Shown one piece after another: positions 36,488-45,842 of a DNA stretch of 64,000 nucleotides (the first letter of the stretch is position 1; each line of letters begins with the position of its first letter). The DNA is taken from assembly GCA_964576755.1 (NCBI GenBank), contig CAZNUV010000003.1, forward strand, positions 30,206 through 94,205, in the 5' to 3' direction. The position numbers and the translations under genes were made by a program. This DNA comes from Candidatus Woesearchaeota archaeon. Lineage in GTDB: Archaea > Nanobdellota > Nanobdellia > Pacearchaeales > GW2011-AR1. The notes beneath the pieces were generated by a model. It did not search any database. It was not told the origin of the DNA and was given only the letters and a program-made list of their open reading frames with translations.

Positions 36488-38947
36488 TTAGAAATCACCT
36501 AACCCTTTTTGTCTGTGGTCTTTTATAAATTCTTTTTCAACATCAATATCAAAAACTTCAAGAATATTCCCTACTGCAGGTAAAATTTGATTATTGAGAT
36601 AATAATCAATATCATACTCTCCGGATTCATCTGGAAGCTTAACCTTATCCCGGACTAGCTTGCTTTTACTTGATTTGTTTTCAGCTAAATAATACTCAAT
36701 CAACATTCCTTGTGATACTGCAAGACCAGCGTCTTCCATCTTTTGAGCAGCAATAACATGTGGGCCTTTAGAAACATATTCATTAATTGGTTTTTTTAAT
36801 TGAGTTCTTATCATAAGTTGATTTTTATCAATTTGTCTTGCTTTAATTTCTTTTATTGTCTCTTTTATTAGTTCTAATGCAGATTTTTCATTCCCTTTTT
36901 TAAGAATATTTTGTAAAACTTTATTCTGGAGTTCACGAGAAAGTTTACACCAGTCTCTTCTAACTGTTTCAAATCCCCGGATTTTCATCTTATCTTTTTC
37001 ATCGATTAGTGCATATTTTTTCTTTGCACCACTATCTTCTCTGGTTTTACCTTTTTCAATAGATCTTTTAGAAACAAATAGGCCACGCTTGTAAAAATCT
37101 TCTAGTTCAAGTTCCATAATCCCTGGTAATTTTAAATTAATCTCTTTTAGCATCTCTAAAACTGTTTTTTTAGTATTTTTTCCTAAGAGAAATGCAATAC
37201 TATCAGTATCTGAATATATTATCTCATACCCTTTTTTCTTAATTTTATCTATTGCAGTTAGTATATTCTCTTTAGCATAACTAGCGGTTGCAGCAGCCGC
37301 TTCTACACAATAATACCTTGCACCAAAAAAACCTTGATAACCATAAGCAGCATTTGCAAGTAACTTGTATGCATTACTTCTTGCTTTTGTTACAGGATTT
37401 TTATTTTTATTATATTCTTGTTTGTATTTTTTCCTTTTTTCAATTATTTCTTCAAGCATTTTTGGAAAAAAACCTTTTTGTTTTGAGAAAACTGGTTTTT
37501 TTTCTTTTATGCTTTCAAAAGTAGATAAAGAGAGATTATATGAAACAATAACCGAAGCATACATAGAAGTAAAATCAAAAAAACATAAATTTTCATAGAG
37601 TCCGGGTTTTGGTTGAAATACAAAAGCACCCACATACTTGGGTCTTTCCCTTCTTTTTCCTATTTCCTCATGCAATGGTCTTTTTTCAGCGATTTCATCA
37701 AACCCACTTAAATTCTGTAAAATATAATCCTCAACATGACTTGACATTGAGTTTCTACTAACATTAAATAATGGCTGTTTCATTATCTTAGTAAATTCCA
37801 ATATATCTGGCCAAAGTTTTTCAGCAAGTTTATAAGTTATTACAGAATCTTGTAGATTGTAGGCAAAAAAATCTTTCCAATCTTGTTCTTTCATATTTTT
37901 TAATTTTAAAAAATCAAAATCATCTTTTTTCTCTCCAAGTAGTTCTGAAGCAATGTCATTTAATCCAAGGGTTTCTGACTGTAAATATTGGAAATAAACA
38001 GAAGAAATAAATCTATACAAATCAAGATGGACTATGCCAGATATTTTTCCAGAAACTAATCTTCCTCTTGAAAAAACTGGTTGACTTCCATCAATTCCTA
38101 GTGCGAGCTTAACTTTATTTTGATGTGCATTTGCTCTTAAATATGGAAGGTCAAAACCATCTGAAAAATAACCAGTAAGAATATCTGGTTGGTATTCTTT
38201 TACAGATTTAACAAATGCTTCAATCATTTCTTCTTCATCTTTAAAGCATTCTACAAAATCTTGTTTTTTATTACATTTTTTCCAGGTTAAAACTTTTTTA
38301 AAATTTTTACCATATAGAGAGATCATTAAAATTTCTCCTTTTCCAAGTTCAATATCGCTTACTTCAATATCATATGCAAGAATTTTAGGTTTAAACTCTG
38401 GCTGTTCCTTACTTTTTTCTTTTCCTTCTATTTTCAAACAAAAATCTACATCTAATGCCTTACCAATTCCTCCAAAATCATCAGAATTATCAATATTTTC
38501 TCCATTAATTCTATACCAACATAATGGTTCTATTCCTCCTTGCATAACATATTTTGAAATTAAAGAGATATCATACTCTCTTCTTTTGTAGATTTCTTTC
38601 ATTCCTAATTGGTCTGCAATACCATGCATATCTTTGTGATTTGTAACAGAAATTTTAATTGCTCTTACACTCTTGCCTAAAAATTTTTTATTACAGAGTT
38701 CTGTTTTTAATACACTAGAAGTTCTACTAGGGTTTTTCACTTTAATTTTACTGATTTTTTCAATTATTTCTTGAATTTTCTTTTCTTTTACTTTTGGTTG
38801 TAGAATAGCCCAAAAACTAGCTTCATAATCATCTATTACACATACTCTTTTGCCAGAAAGAGTTCTACCTATGATTTTTACATAGTTTTTCCCTTGCCAA
38901 TCAAAATCAGAATAATCTATTGGCATAAAATCTATTTCCATAATCAA
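36488..38947 (-). CDS. polB: Family B DNA polymerase
   Basis: Exo I AYDIEV, Exo II GYFSDGFDLPYL, Exo III YNLQDS. Pol A DFTSMYAS, Pol B KLLANAAYGY, Pol C YSDTDS. C-terminal QKGLGDF (PIP-like). Confidence 0.93.
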   Translation of the reverse strand: MIMEIDFMPIDYSDFDWQGKNYVKIIGRTLSGKRVCVIDDYEASFWAILQPKVKEKKIQEIIEKISKIKVKNPSRTSSVLKTELCNKKFLGKSVRAIKISVTNHKDMHGIADQLGMKEIYKRREYDISLISKYVMQGGIEPLCWYRINGENIDNSDDFGGIGKALDVDFCLKIEGKEKSKEQPEFKPKILAYDIEVSDIELGKGEILMISLYGKNFKKVLTWKKCNKKQDFVECFKDEEEMIEAFVKSVKEYQPDILTGYFSDGFDLPYLRANAHQNKVKLALGIDGSQPVFSRGRLVSGKISGIVHLDLYRFISSVYFQYLQSETLGLNDIASELLGEKKDDFDFLKLKNMKEQDWKDFFAYNLQDSVITYKLAEKLWPDILEFTKIMKQPLFNVSRNSMSSHVEDYILQNLSGFDEIAEKRPLHEEIGKRRERPKYVGAFVFQPKPGLYENLCFFDFTSMYASVIVSYNLSLSTFESIKEKKPVFSKQKGFFPKMLEEIIEKRKKYKQEYNKNKNPVTKARSNAYKLLANAAYGYQGFFGARYYCVEAAAATASYAKENILTAIDKIKKKGYEIIYSDTDSIAFLLGKNTKKTVLEMLKEINLKLPGIMELELEDFYKRGLFVSKRSIEKGKTREDSGAKKKYALIDEKDKMKIRGFETVRRDWCKLSRELQNKVLQNILKKGNEKSALELIKETIKEIKARQIDKNQLMIRTQLKKPINEYVSKGPHVIAAQKMEDAGLAVSQGMLIEYYLAENKSSKSKLVRDKVKLPDESGEYDIDYYLNNQILPAVGNILEVFDIDVEKEFIKDHRQKGLGDF

Positions 38948-39010
38948 AGATAGCCAAGTGTTTATTTAAAGTTTCTCAATTATTCTCTTTTAGTATTCAT
39001 CCTTACTACA

Positions 39011-39038
39011 TAGTGACAACATTAGAAAGATTTATAAA
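39011..39038 (+). promoter_or_regulatory. Extended promoter TAGTGACAACATTAGAAAGATTTATAAA, ending 21 nt before the ATG at 39060
   Basis: Shared with 21337..21366 and 27003..27028. Confidence 0.55.
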
Positions 39039-39059
39039 GAGCATTTTTTTTATGTTTAT

Positions 39060-39299
39060 ATGGCTGTAGGAAAAACTTATTCACCTCAAGAAATTTTAAA
39101 TGGTTTAGAAAGAGCTAAATCTATACAATGTCCTATTGATTATGCTCTTTGGTTAAATTGTGCTTATAATTCTCTGGATCATTCAGTATTTGATAGTTTA
39201 ACCTTTGAGGATATTGATTTTAATCTTTGTGCTCAAGGAGAAGAAGGACTATTTAGATTGGTTGAATCAATTAAGAGGGGAAAACATGAGTTTGAATGA
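39060..39299 (+). CDS. Hypothetical protein (79 aa)
   Basis: Leaderless-type promoter. Confidence 0.45.
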   Translation: MAVGKTYSPQEILNGLERAKSIQCPIDYALWLNCAYNSLDHSVFDSLTFEDIDFNLCAQGEEGLFRLVESIKRGKHEFE

Positions 39300-39624
39300 T
39301 AATCTTGGCCCTTATGAAATTCCTGGAGATAATTCTCCAAAAAGTGATATGGATAGGGCAAACAAATCTCTTACAGAGATAAAAAGATTAGAACTTATCC
39401 TTGATGAGGCATTAAAACATCCTTCTGCTAATCGAACTTCTATCGCGAGAAAATTAGTTCTAATAAAAAGATATAATCCAAAACAAGGAGAAAAAATAAG
39501 AGAAGACTCAAGAGGATACTTTGGAAAGGATAGTTTAATTCTTCTTAATGAACTTTTAAATGGTTATATTCAATCTGCAAAAAATACTCTTGAAGAAAAA
39601 AGACAAAAGTATAATGCTAGGTGA
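39286..39624 (+). CDS. Hypothetical protein (112 aa). Start moved to the internal ATG.
   Basis: ATG at 39286 is preceded by AGAGGGG and overlaps the upstream stop by 14 nt. The track start at 39205 would overlap the upstream gene by 95 nt. Confidence 0.45.
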   Translation: MSLNDNLGPYEIPGDNSPKSDMDRANKSLTEIKRLELILDEALKHPSANRTSIARKLVLIKRYNPKQGEKIREDSRGYFGKDSLILLNELLNGYIQSAKNTLEEKRQKYNAR

Positions 39625-39679
39625 AAAATAGGAATAAAGCAAAATTTATTAATTTAATTTACTTCTTAAAAACATTAAA

Positions 39680-40711
39680 ATGGGCGTAAATATCTCTGAA
39701 ATAATACCTAGGAAGTATGTCTTATTAAAAGACTTGAAAGGAAAAGTTATAGCTGTAGATGCATTAAACACTCTTTATCAATTTTTAACAACAATAAGGC
39801 AATTTGACGGAACCCCTTTAATGGACAAAGATAAGAAGATCACAAGCCATCTTTCTGGATTATTTTATAGGAATATTAATCTTCTTATTGAAGGTTTAAA
39901 ACCAATTTATGTTTTTGATGGAAAACCTCCTGAATTAAAACAGATGGAGCTTTCTAAGAGAAGTGAATCTAAAAAAGAAGCAGAAGAAAATTATCTTAGA
40001 GCAAAAGAAAAACAAGACATAGAAGGTATGAAAAAATATTCTCAACAATTTGTCAAGATTACAGATGAAATAATCCAAGACAGTAAGGATTTGCTAGAAG
40101 CAATGGGCATTCCAATCATTCAAGCCTTAGGAGAAGGGGAGGCAGAAGCAGCCCATTTATCTAGGATAAGTAAAGCGTGGGCTTCTGCATCACAAGATTA
40201 TGATTCTCTGCTTTACGGAGCAACAAAACTAGTAAGAAACTTGACTCTTTCTCGTAGAAGAAAAACAAGTTCAGGAGCTTATGTGGATGTTAATTTAGAA
40301 TTAATTGAATTTGAATCCTTACTTAACCATTTACAAATTAATAGAGATCAATTAATCTGTTTGGGTATTTTAGTTGGGACAGATTATAATCCTGGGGGCA
40401 TAAAAGGTATTGGACAGAAAACAGCATTAGATATAGTAAAGAAATTTCAATACCCTGTAAGAATCTTTGAATATATTGAACAAAATGAAAAATATCGCAT
40501 AGATTTTAATTGGCAAGAGATTTATGCTCAATTCCAAGAACCAGAATGTTGTTCTATTGAAGATATTGAATTTAAAAAACCAGATGAAGATAAAATTAGA
40601 AAAATCCTTCTTGCTAGAGATTTTTCAGAACAGAGGATTGAGTCTGGTCTAAATAGATTAAGAGAAGCAGCTGAAAAAGCAAAGCAAAAAGGGCTTGGTG
40701 AATTTTTTTAA
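39680..40711 (+). CDS. fen: Flap endonuclease 1
   Basis: MGVNISEII...VDALNTLYQFL, VFDGKPPELK, GEGEAEAA, GTDYNPGG. C-terminal PIP box QKGLGEFF. Confidence 0.92.
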   Translation: MGVNISEIIPRKYVLLKDLKGKVIAVDALNTLYQFLTTIRQFDGTPLMDKDKKITSHLSGLFYRNINLLIEGLKPIYVFDGKPPELKQMELSKRSESKKEAEENYLRAKEKQDIEGMKKYSQQFVKITDEIIQDSKDLLEAMGIPIIQALGEGEAEAAHLSRISKAWASASQDYDSLLYGATKLVRNLTLSRRRKTSSGAYVDVNLELIEFESLLNHLQINRDQLICLGILVGTDYNPGGIKGIGQKTALDIVKKFQYPVRIFEYIEQNEKYRIDFNWQEIYAQFQEPECCSIEDIEFKKPDEDKIRKILLARDFSEQRIESGLNRLREAAEKAKQKGLGEFF

Positions 40712-41220
40712 CGTCTTTTTATGACTATTTCCTCACTCTTACTACTCATATTGTAAATTGCATAAACAATAATTGCAACACCAATTATAAGGGATAACCA
40801 TCCTATGAATGGGTTTTCTAACCAATCAGGCAAGAGGTATATAGAAAAGATATCTGGTAAGAATTTAACCAGGATAAATAATCCCCCTACACCAAATAAA
40901 GTTAAAGGTAATTCTGTTTTTGACCGTTTTACACCAATATAAATAAGAAAAATAATAACCCCCAGAGCAACAAGGAAAAAAATCAAACTTGAAGAAGTTT
41001 CTAACCCATAAATAAAATCTTGAAAAGAATACATTACATTAGTATAATTTGTTAGGCCCCAAACAGCAAGAAGAGATATACATGCTGCAATAACTACAGA
41101 GATGTTTCTATTGTTTCTAAATACTCCTCGATTTAATCCAAGAAAACTTACAGCAAATATAATTAGAAAACTTGCTACATAAGGCACAGCATCAGAGTAA
41201 AGTAATTGTTCAATCCCCAT
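40708..41220 (-). CDS. Polytopic membrane protein (170 aa)
   Basis: 5 hydrophobic helices. First gene downstream of the membrane-protein block. Confidence 0.55.
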   Translation of the reverse strand: MGIEQLLYSDAVPYVASFLIIFAVSFLGLNRGVFRNNRNISVVIAACISLLAVWGLTNYTNVMYSFQDFIYGLETSSSLIFFLVALGVIIFLIYIGVKRSKTELPLTLFGVGGLFILVKFLPDIFSIYLLPDWLENPFIGWLSLIIGVAIIVYAIYNMSSKSEEIVIKRR

Positions 41221-41264
41221 TTTTGTTTATGTTTATCTTAAGTTTAATTGGTTTTTATTTGTTG

Positions 41265-41936
41265 TTATTTTTCAAATGCCTCTTTAAATGTATCTGCAAT
41301 TTCTGCCCCGGATTCAAGTCTTTGTCTATTGTATTCATCTTTCATTTCTCTTTTCTTTTTTTTAAAATATCTTCCTAGAACAGCACTAATACTGATTAAG
41401 ATTCCAAGGACAACAACAATAATTAACTTTATCCACCATTTTGATGTAAAATCTATGATATGTCCAGAGAGCTTTACGGTTGTCTTAGTTACCATAACTA
41501 TAATAAAGAGTCCAACCCCGATTAGTCTTGAAATATTTTCAGAAAAAGGAGCTACATCAGGTAAAACAAAAACCAACCCCCATAAAAAAAACAGCATAAA
41601 AACAATGTTCAAAGCAAATAACCAAGAGATTTCTGGTTTCATCCCAAAAACCCAGGATAACCAACTAGCATTTTCCTCCAACCAAAGATTTATTGTATCA
41701 ATTCTCTGTTCTGCTTTTGATTTATATCCTTGGAATTTCTCTTCATCAAGTTTTCCTTCCTCGGTTAATGGAATTTGGTCAGTGAGATTTAGTATTCTAT
41801 CAACATCTTGTTGTCCTGTACCTTCATCTCCTAAAGATGTTTGATTATTGGTATTATTATCTTCTGCATAAATAATACCTAAATTAAACATTGATATGAT
41901 TAGCAAGAATAAAATCAGTACACCTATTTTTTTCAT
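41265..41936 (-). CDS. Signal-peptide membrane protein (223 aa), paralog of 41987..42583
   Basis: Shared block VAPFSE(N/T)...IG(V/I)GL.II....KTTV. TTTAAAAA box at -29. Confidence 0.6.
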   Translation of the reverse strand: MKKIGVLILFLLIISMFNLGIIYAEDNNTNNQTSLGDEGTGQQDVDRILNLTDQIPLTEEGKLDEEKFQGYKSKAEQRIDTINLWLEENASWLSWVFGMKPEISWLFALNIVFMLFFLWGLVFVLPDVAPFSENISRLIGVGLFIIVMVTKTTVKLSGHIIDFTSKWWIKLIIVVVLGILISISAVLGRYFKKKKREMKDEYNRQRLESGAEIADTFKEAFEK

Positions 41937-41986
41937 AGATAATAGAGAAGAAACAAGTTTTTAAATTTTGAGTTTAGAAATTACTA

Positions 41987-42583
41987 TTAATCCTGAAGAG
42001 CTTCGTTAGACAATCTTCTTAATGCTTTTATATCTTCAGCACTATTCAATGCTTTTTTTGTTAACTCAAGACCTCTCCTTCTAGTTCTTACACCAATTAA
42101 CCAAGCCTGTAATTTTTGTCCCCCAAAGAAAATAACTATTAGTGCAGCTATTGCTAAGACAATCGTAAGTCCTCCTGCAGCAGCACCCGCCCATCCAAAT
42201 ACTTGAGAACCTATTAAAAATATTCCAGAAGCAATTGCAACAGTTGTCTTCATTAAAATCATAATAATTACTAATCCAATACCAATAATCCAATTAACAG
42301 TTTCACTAAATGGGGCAACAAGCATTACAAGGTCTAACATTATTGCTCCAACAATTATTAAGGAAATAAATCCAATAATCCATGCAATAGAAGTTCCATA
42401 ATTTGTTTCAATTTTTTCTACAACAAAATAATCCTTAGCAGAAGTAAAGGTAGTAATTGAAGTTGTTATTTCTCCAACTTTATCTGTAAAGGCATTAGCA
42501 CTAACAACACTAGCACAAAAACTAAATAAAAATAATCCGAGAATTATGAATGTAAACGTCCTTGCGATGTGCTCTTTTTTCAT
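41987..42583 (-). CDS. Signal-peptide membrane protein (198 aa), paralog of 41265..41936
   Basis: Start moved to the second ATG (MKKEHIA) because TTTATAAA then sits at exactly -29. Confidence 0.6.
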   Translation of the reverse strand: MKKEHIARTFTFIILGLFLFSFCASVVSANAFTDKVGEITTSITTFTSAKDYFVVEKIETNYGTSIAWIIGFISLIIVGAIMLDLVMLVAPFSETVNWIIGIGLVIIMILMKTTVAIASGIFLIGSQVFGWAGAAAGGLTIVLAIAALIVIFFGGQKLQAWLIGVRTRRRGLELTKKALNSAEDIKALRRLSNEALQD

Positions 42584-42649
42584 AAGCATTTTAAGTTTTG
42601 ATTGTTTATAAATATTTTCTATTTTGTTTATTTATTTTGAGTAGTTATT

Positions 42650-42868
42650 TTATCTTCGGGCTTGAATCCTTGCCCTAACACCTACACTCCAAATAAGCAG
42701 AACACCAAGTACAATTAGTGCTACTTGATATACAAGCTCTCCAGGCGTTAACATTTCTAAAAATTTGTAACTTGCAAAAAAACTACCAACTTGTTCAATT
42801 TTTAATAGAAACGGCCAAACTCCCAGTGCGATTATAATAATTCCAACAAGTTTTTCTTTTAATCTCAT
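42650..42868 (-). CDS. Two-helix small membrane protein (72 aa), related to 42975..43160
   Basis: SD AAGAGGTAA upstream. Shares K..E.LVG(hydrophobic)n ... LG.L(L/F)L with the divergent neighbour. Confidence 0.5.
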   Translation of the reverse strand: MRLKEKLVGIIIIALGVWPFLLKIEQVGSFFASYKFLEMLTPGELVYQVALIVLGVLLIWSVGVRARIQARR

Positions 42869-42974
42869 CTCTTTAATTACCTCTTATTCTTTTATGATTT
42901 TGATATTTATAAAACTTGCCAAATTGTAAAATCATCACAACAAACTTTATAAATCTAAATTAAGATATAAACTT

Positions 42975-43160
42975 ATGAATAAATGGATGGAAATTTTAGT
43001 AGGATTGGTTCTTTTAATAGTTCCAATCTATGCATGGATTGTAAACTTTGCAGGAACAGGAGTAGCTGCTTTAGAATTTTTTAAAGGTGGCTTAGTATGG
43101 TTCTTAATCCTTCTTGGAGCATTATTCCTTCTTTTAGGAATTAGTGACTTAAAAGATTAA
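42975..43160 (+). CDS. Two-helix small membrane protein (61 aa)
   Basis: AACTTTATAAA box lies 21 nt upstream of the ATG. Confidence 0.5.
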   Translation: MNKWMEILVGLVLLIVPIYAWIVNFAGTGVAALEFFKGGLVWFLILLGALFLLLGISDLKD

Positions 43161-43272
43161 GATAACTGATATGACTCTTTATAGATTAGTGTAAAGATTA
43201 CTCAATTTAATGCAATAATAAATTTAAACTCTTACTTCTTTTTTTCTTAATAAAACAAGAAGAGGGTTATAA

Positions 43273-44502
43273 ATGGAAAATATTTGTATTAGATGCAAAG
43301 GTCGTGGTCTATGTGGACAACCGTGTAGAATTCTTGCTAAATTTAAAGAGTCAGTTCCAAGAATAAAAACACACTTTTCAGGTTCGACTCCTCCAGAAGT
43401 TTTTGTAGGTCGGATTAATTATCCTAATGTTTTTTCAGGAATACTTTCCCCAGTTCAACATTCTGATACTACTATTTATTCATCACCAGAACAATGGGTT
43501 TCTCAAAATTTATCTATAGAACAGATTTTAGAATTACGTGGACAGATGATTTATGGTAGAAGTCAGAGCCATATAAAATCTTCAGAATTTAATAAAGATT
43601 CAGGAAAATTTAAACAAGTAACACAAGAATTAGCATTATCGAGTAAACCTGTTTCAACAGAATTTTTTTTAAAACATAAACCAGAGTTTAAATTCACAGC
43701 ATCTCGATTTTTTCAAATAATTGCAAATCCTGCACCAATTCAAAAGATTTTACTTGAAGAGAATCCTAAGGTTGAAAAAAAGGTTGACTATCTTACTAAT
43801 GATTATGATGTTAAATCTATTCAAGCAATAAAAGAACTCTACAAAGCAAAGATTCTTACATCTCATCTACAAAAATTACTTTCAGTAGGGTTGCTAGGTG
43901 TTAAATCATCTAGAAAAATGGTCCCTACAAGATGGTCTATAACTGCCATAGATGACACTTTAGGAAAAACTCTTTTAGAAAATATTCGTTACTATCAAGA
44001 ATTAAATGAAATTCAGGTTTTTTCTCAAGATTACAATGGAAATCATTTTGATGTCTTATTTCTTCCAGGAGCATTTTCTTTTGAAGTAATAGAAACTTCT
44101 ATGCCTGGAAGTGTTTGGTCAGAACAACAACCAGTAGATAAATCATATTCTATGCAAGATTATGAAGGTTTTTTTGGAAGAAAAACTTATGCTACTAATG
44201 TGGTTGGTGCATATTATACAGATAGACTTGCTGTTTGCGAATATCTAAATAAAATAAAAAGACAAGCAACAGTTCTTCTTTTACATGAAGAAAGACCAGA
44301 ATATTATGCTCCTCTTGGAGTAGGAATAATTCGTGAAAGTCTAAGAAAAGCATTTACAAAAAAACCACAAATTTATGAAACAATAGAAGATGCTCTAAGA
44401 AACATAAAAAATAGAACCCTAGTTCCAACTGATAAAATAAAAGAAATGTCCTGGGTATTAAAGAATTATGGAAAACAGAAATCTCTAAAACAATGGTTTT
44501 AG
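43273..44502 (+). CDS. nreA: Archaeal NreA-family DNA repair protein (Nre_N/Nre_C, formerly DUF650/DUF651)
   Basis: N-terminal CIRCKGRGLCGQPC...PPEVFVGRINYPNV is typical of the family. Extreme C-terminal PIP box QKSLKQWF. Confidence 0.7.
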   Translation: MENICIRCKGRGLCGQPCRILAKFKESVPRIKTHFSGSTPPEVFVGRINYPNVFSGILSPVQHSDTTIYSSPEQWVSQNLSIEQILELRGQMIYGRSQSHIKSSEFNKDSGKFKQVTQELALSSKPVSTEFFLKHKPEFKFTASRFFQIIANPAPIQKILLEENPKVEKKVDYLTNDYDVKSIQAIKELYKAKILTSHLQKLLSVGLLGVKSSRKMVPTRWSITAIDDTLGKTLLENIRYYQELNEIQVFSQDYNGNHFDVLFLPGAFSFEVIETSMPGSVWSEQQPVDKSYSMQDYEGFFGRKTYATNVVGAYYTDRLAVCEYLNKIKRQATVLLLHEERPEYYAPLGVGIIRESLRKAFTKKPQIYETIEDALRNIKNRTLVPTDKIKEMSWVLKNYGKQKSLKQWF

Positions 44503-44511
44503 TATTTTTTA

Positions 44512-45117
44512 TTAGCTTGAAAAAGCAATTAATAATCCTTCAATAATTGCTGCAATAACAAGTAAAGGGATAACAATAAAGACAAAAGCAATTACTGCTT
44601 TAAAAAAATTCTGTTTAAATTTATTCCTTTCTTTAAAAATTCCAACACCTAATTTTAATCCTAACCCTATTGAAATAAAAATTGCTGGTAACTCAAAAAT
44701 ACCATGGGGCAATAATCTCCATAATACTAAAAAACCCTCTTGAAATACACTTTCCCTAGCTACAAAACCTACTAAATATCCATTCACAACAGTAGCTCCT
44801 AATGGAAATAAACCAAATCCCATACCCAATAGGAAAATCAGAAATGCTGATTTTAGATTATTCCAAAAGATAAATAATATTAATTGATAAGGTCCCATCC
44901 CCTCTATCTCATTAACAACATTTTGAATAAATTCTAAAATTCTATTACTAATCTCTTCTGGGGCAGGAATAAAAAAACCTAAAATCAAAAACAACACGAA
45001 AATCCCAAGACCTATATAAATATAATTTTTACACTGTTTTAAAAATTCCCAAGAAACCCTATAATTTTCTTTAAAGAAACTTTTATTACTTTTTTCCTTC
45101 GCCATTTTATCAACCAT
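44512..45117 (-). CDS. SpoIIM-like (DUF95) membrane protein
   Basis: LLPHGIFELPAIFISIGLGLKLG signature and 5-6 TM helices. Confidence 0.6.
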   Translation of the reverse strand: MVDKMAKEKSNKSFFKENYRVSWEFLKQCKNYIYIGLGIFVLFLILGFFIPAPEEISNRILEFIQNVVNEIEGMGPYQLILFIFWNNLKSAFLIFLLGMGFGLFPLGATVVNGYLVGFVARESVFQEGFLVLWRLLPHGIFELPAIFISIGLGLKLGVGIFKERNKFKQNFFKAVIAFVFIVIPLLVIAAIIEGLLIAFSS

Positions 45118-45195
45118 CTTTTTAATTTTAAACTAAATATTTATTATTATGATTATATAACATAAATCTGAGATTATTTAAACTATTCTTTAGGT

Positions 45196-45840
45196 TTATC
45201 TTGAAAAATACTTTGCAATCATTTTAGTTTTTCTAGGATATTTTATCTTTAGATAAAACCCATATGCAAGACCTATTAATAGACCTCCAAGATGAGCAAC
45301 ATTTCCAATTGGAACTCCTAATCCAAGAGAAATAATCCATAATATTCCAAGTAATGCAATCATTGCTAACCACATAGGCATAGGTATTACAAAAAACACT
45401 AAAACTGGAAGACGTGGGGTCAATACTGCAAGTAGTCCTCCAAGACCAAATATTGCACCAGATGCACCAACTGCATAGACATTTAAATCAATACCAGTTA
45501 ATGCTGCAAGCAATACAAATAAAACTCCTGCGAATAAACCAGCAGAAAAATATACTATTAAAAATCTTCTTTTACCAATTAGCCTTTCAACAAAGCTTCC
45601 AATAAACATTAAGGAGATCATGTTTGCAGCCAAATGCCAAAGACCTGCATGCATAAACATGCTTGTAATAAATGTCCATAGGCTTTGGCCTGCAATAATT
45701 GAATCAGGTTTTAATGCAACAAGATTAAGGATAACAGTTTGATCAAAACTATTAAGTAAGATTAAAAAAATTATAAATGCAACAACATTAATTAGAATTA
45801 TCCAACCAGTATAACTATCTAAAAGTTTTTTATTATACAT
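45196..45840 (-). CDS. Rhomboid-family intramembrane serine protease
   Basis: HAGLWHLAANM, GASGAIFGL (catalytic Ser) and AHLGGLL (catalytic His). Confidence 0.85.
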   Translation of the reverse strand: MYNKKLLDSYTGWIILINVVAFIIFLILLNSFDQTVILNLVALKPDSIIAGQSLWTFITSMFMHAGLWHLAANMISLMFIGSFVERLIGKRRFLIVYFSAGLFAGVLFVLLAALTGIDLNVYAVGASGAIFGLGGLLAVLTPRLPVLVFFVIPMPMWLAMIALLGILWIISLGLGVPIGNVAHLGGLLIGLAYGFYLKIKYPRKTKMIAKYFSR

Positions 45841-45842
45841 TT

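Noticed and set aside
41248-42293. ORFs 41172..41378 (+), 41248..41844 (+) and 42081..42293 (-, alternative frame)
   Set aside because: They overlap the paralogous membrane-protein genes, which are supported by mutual similarity, signal peptides and -29 TATA boxes.
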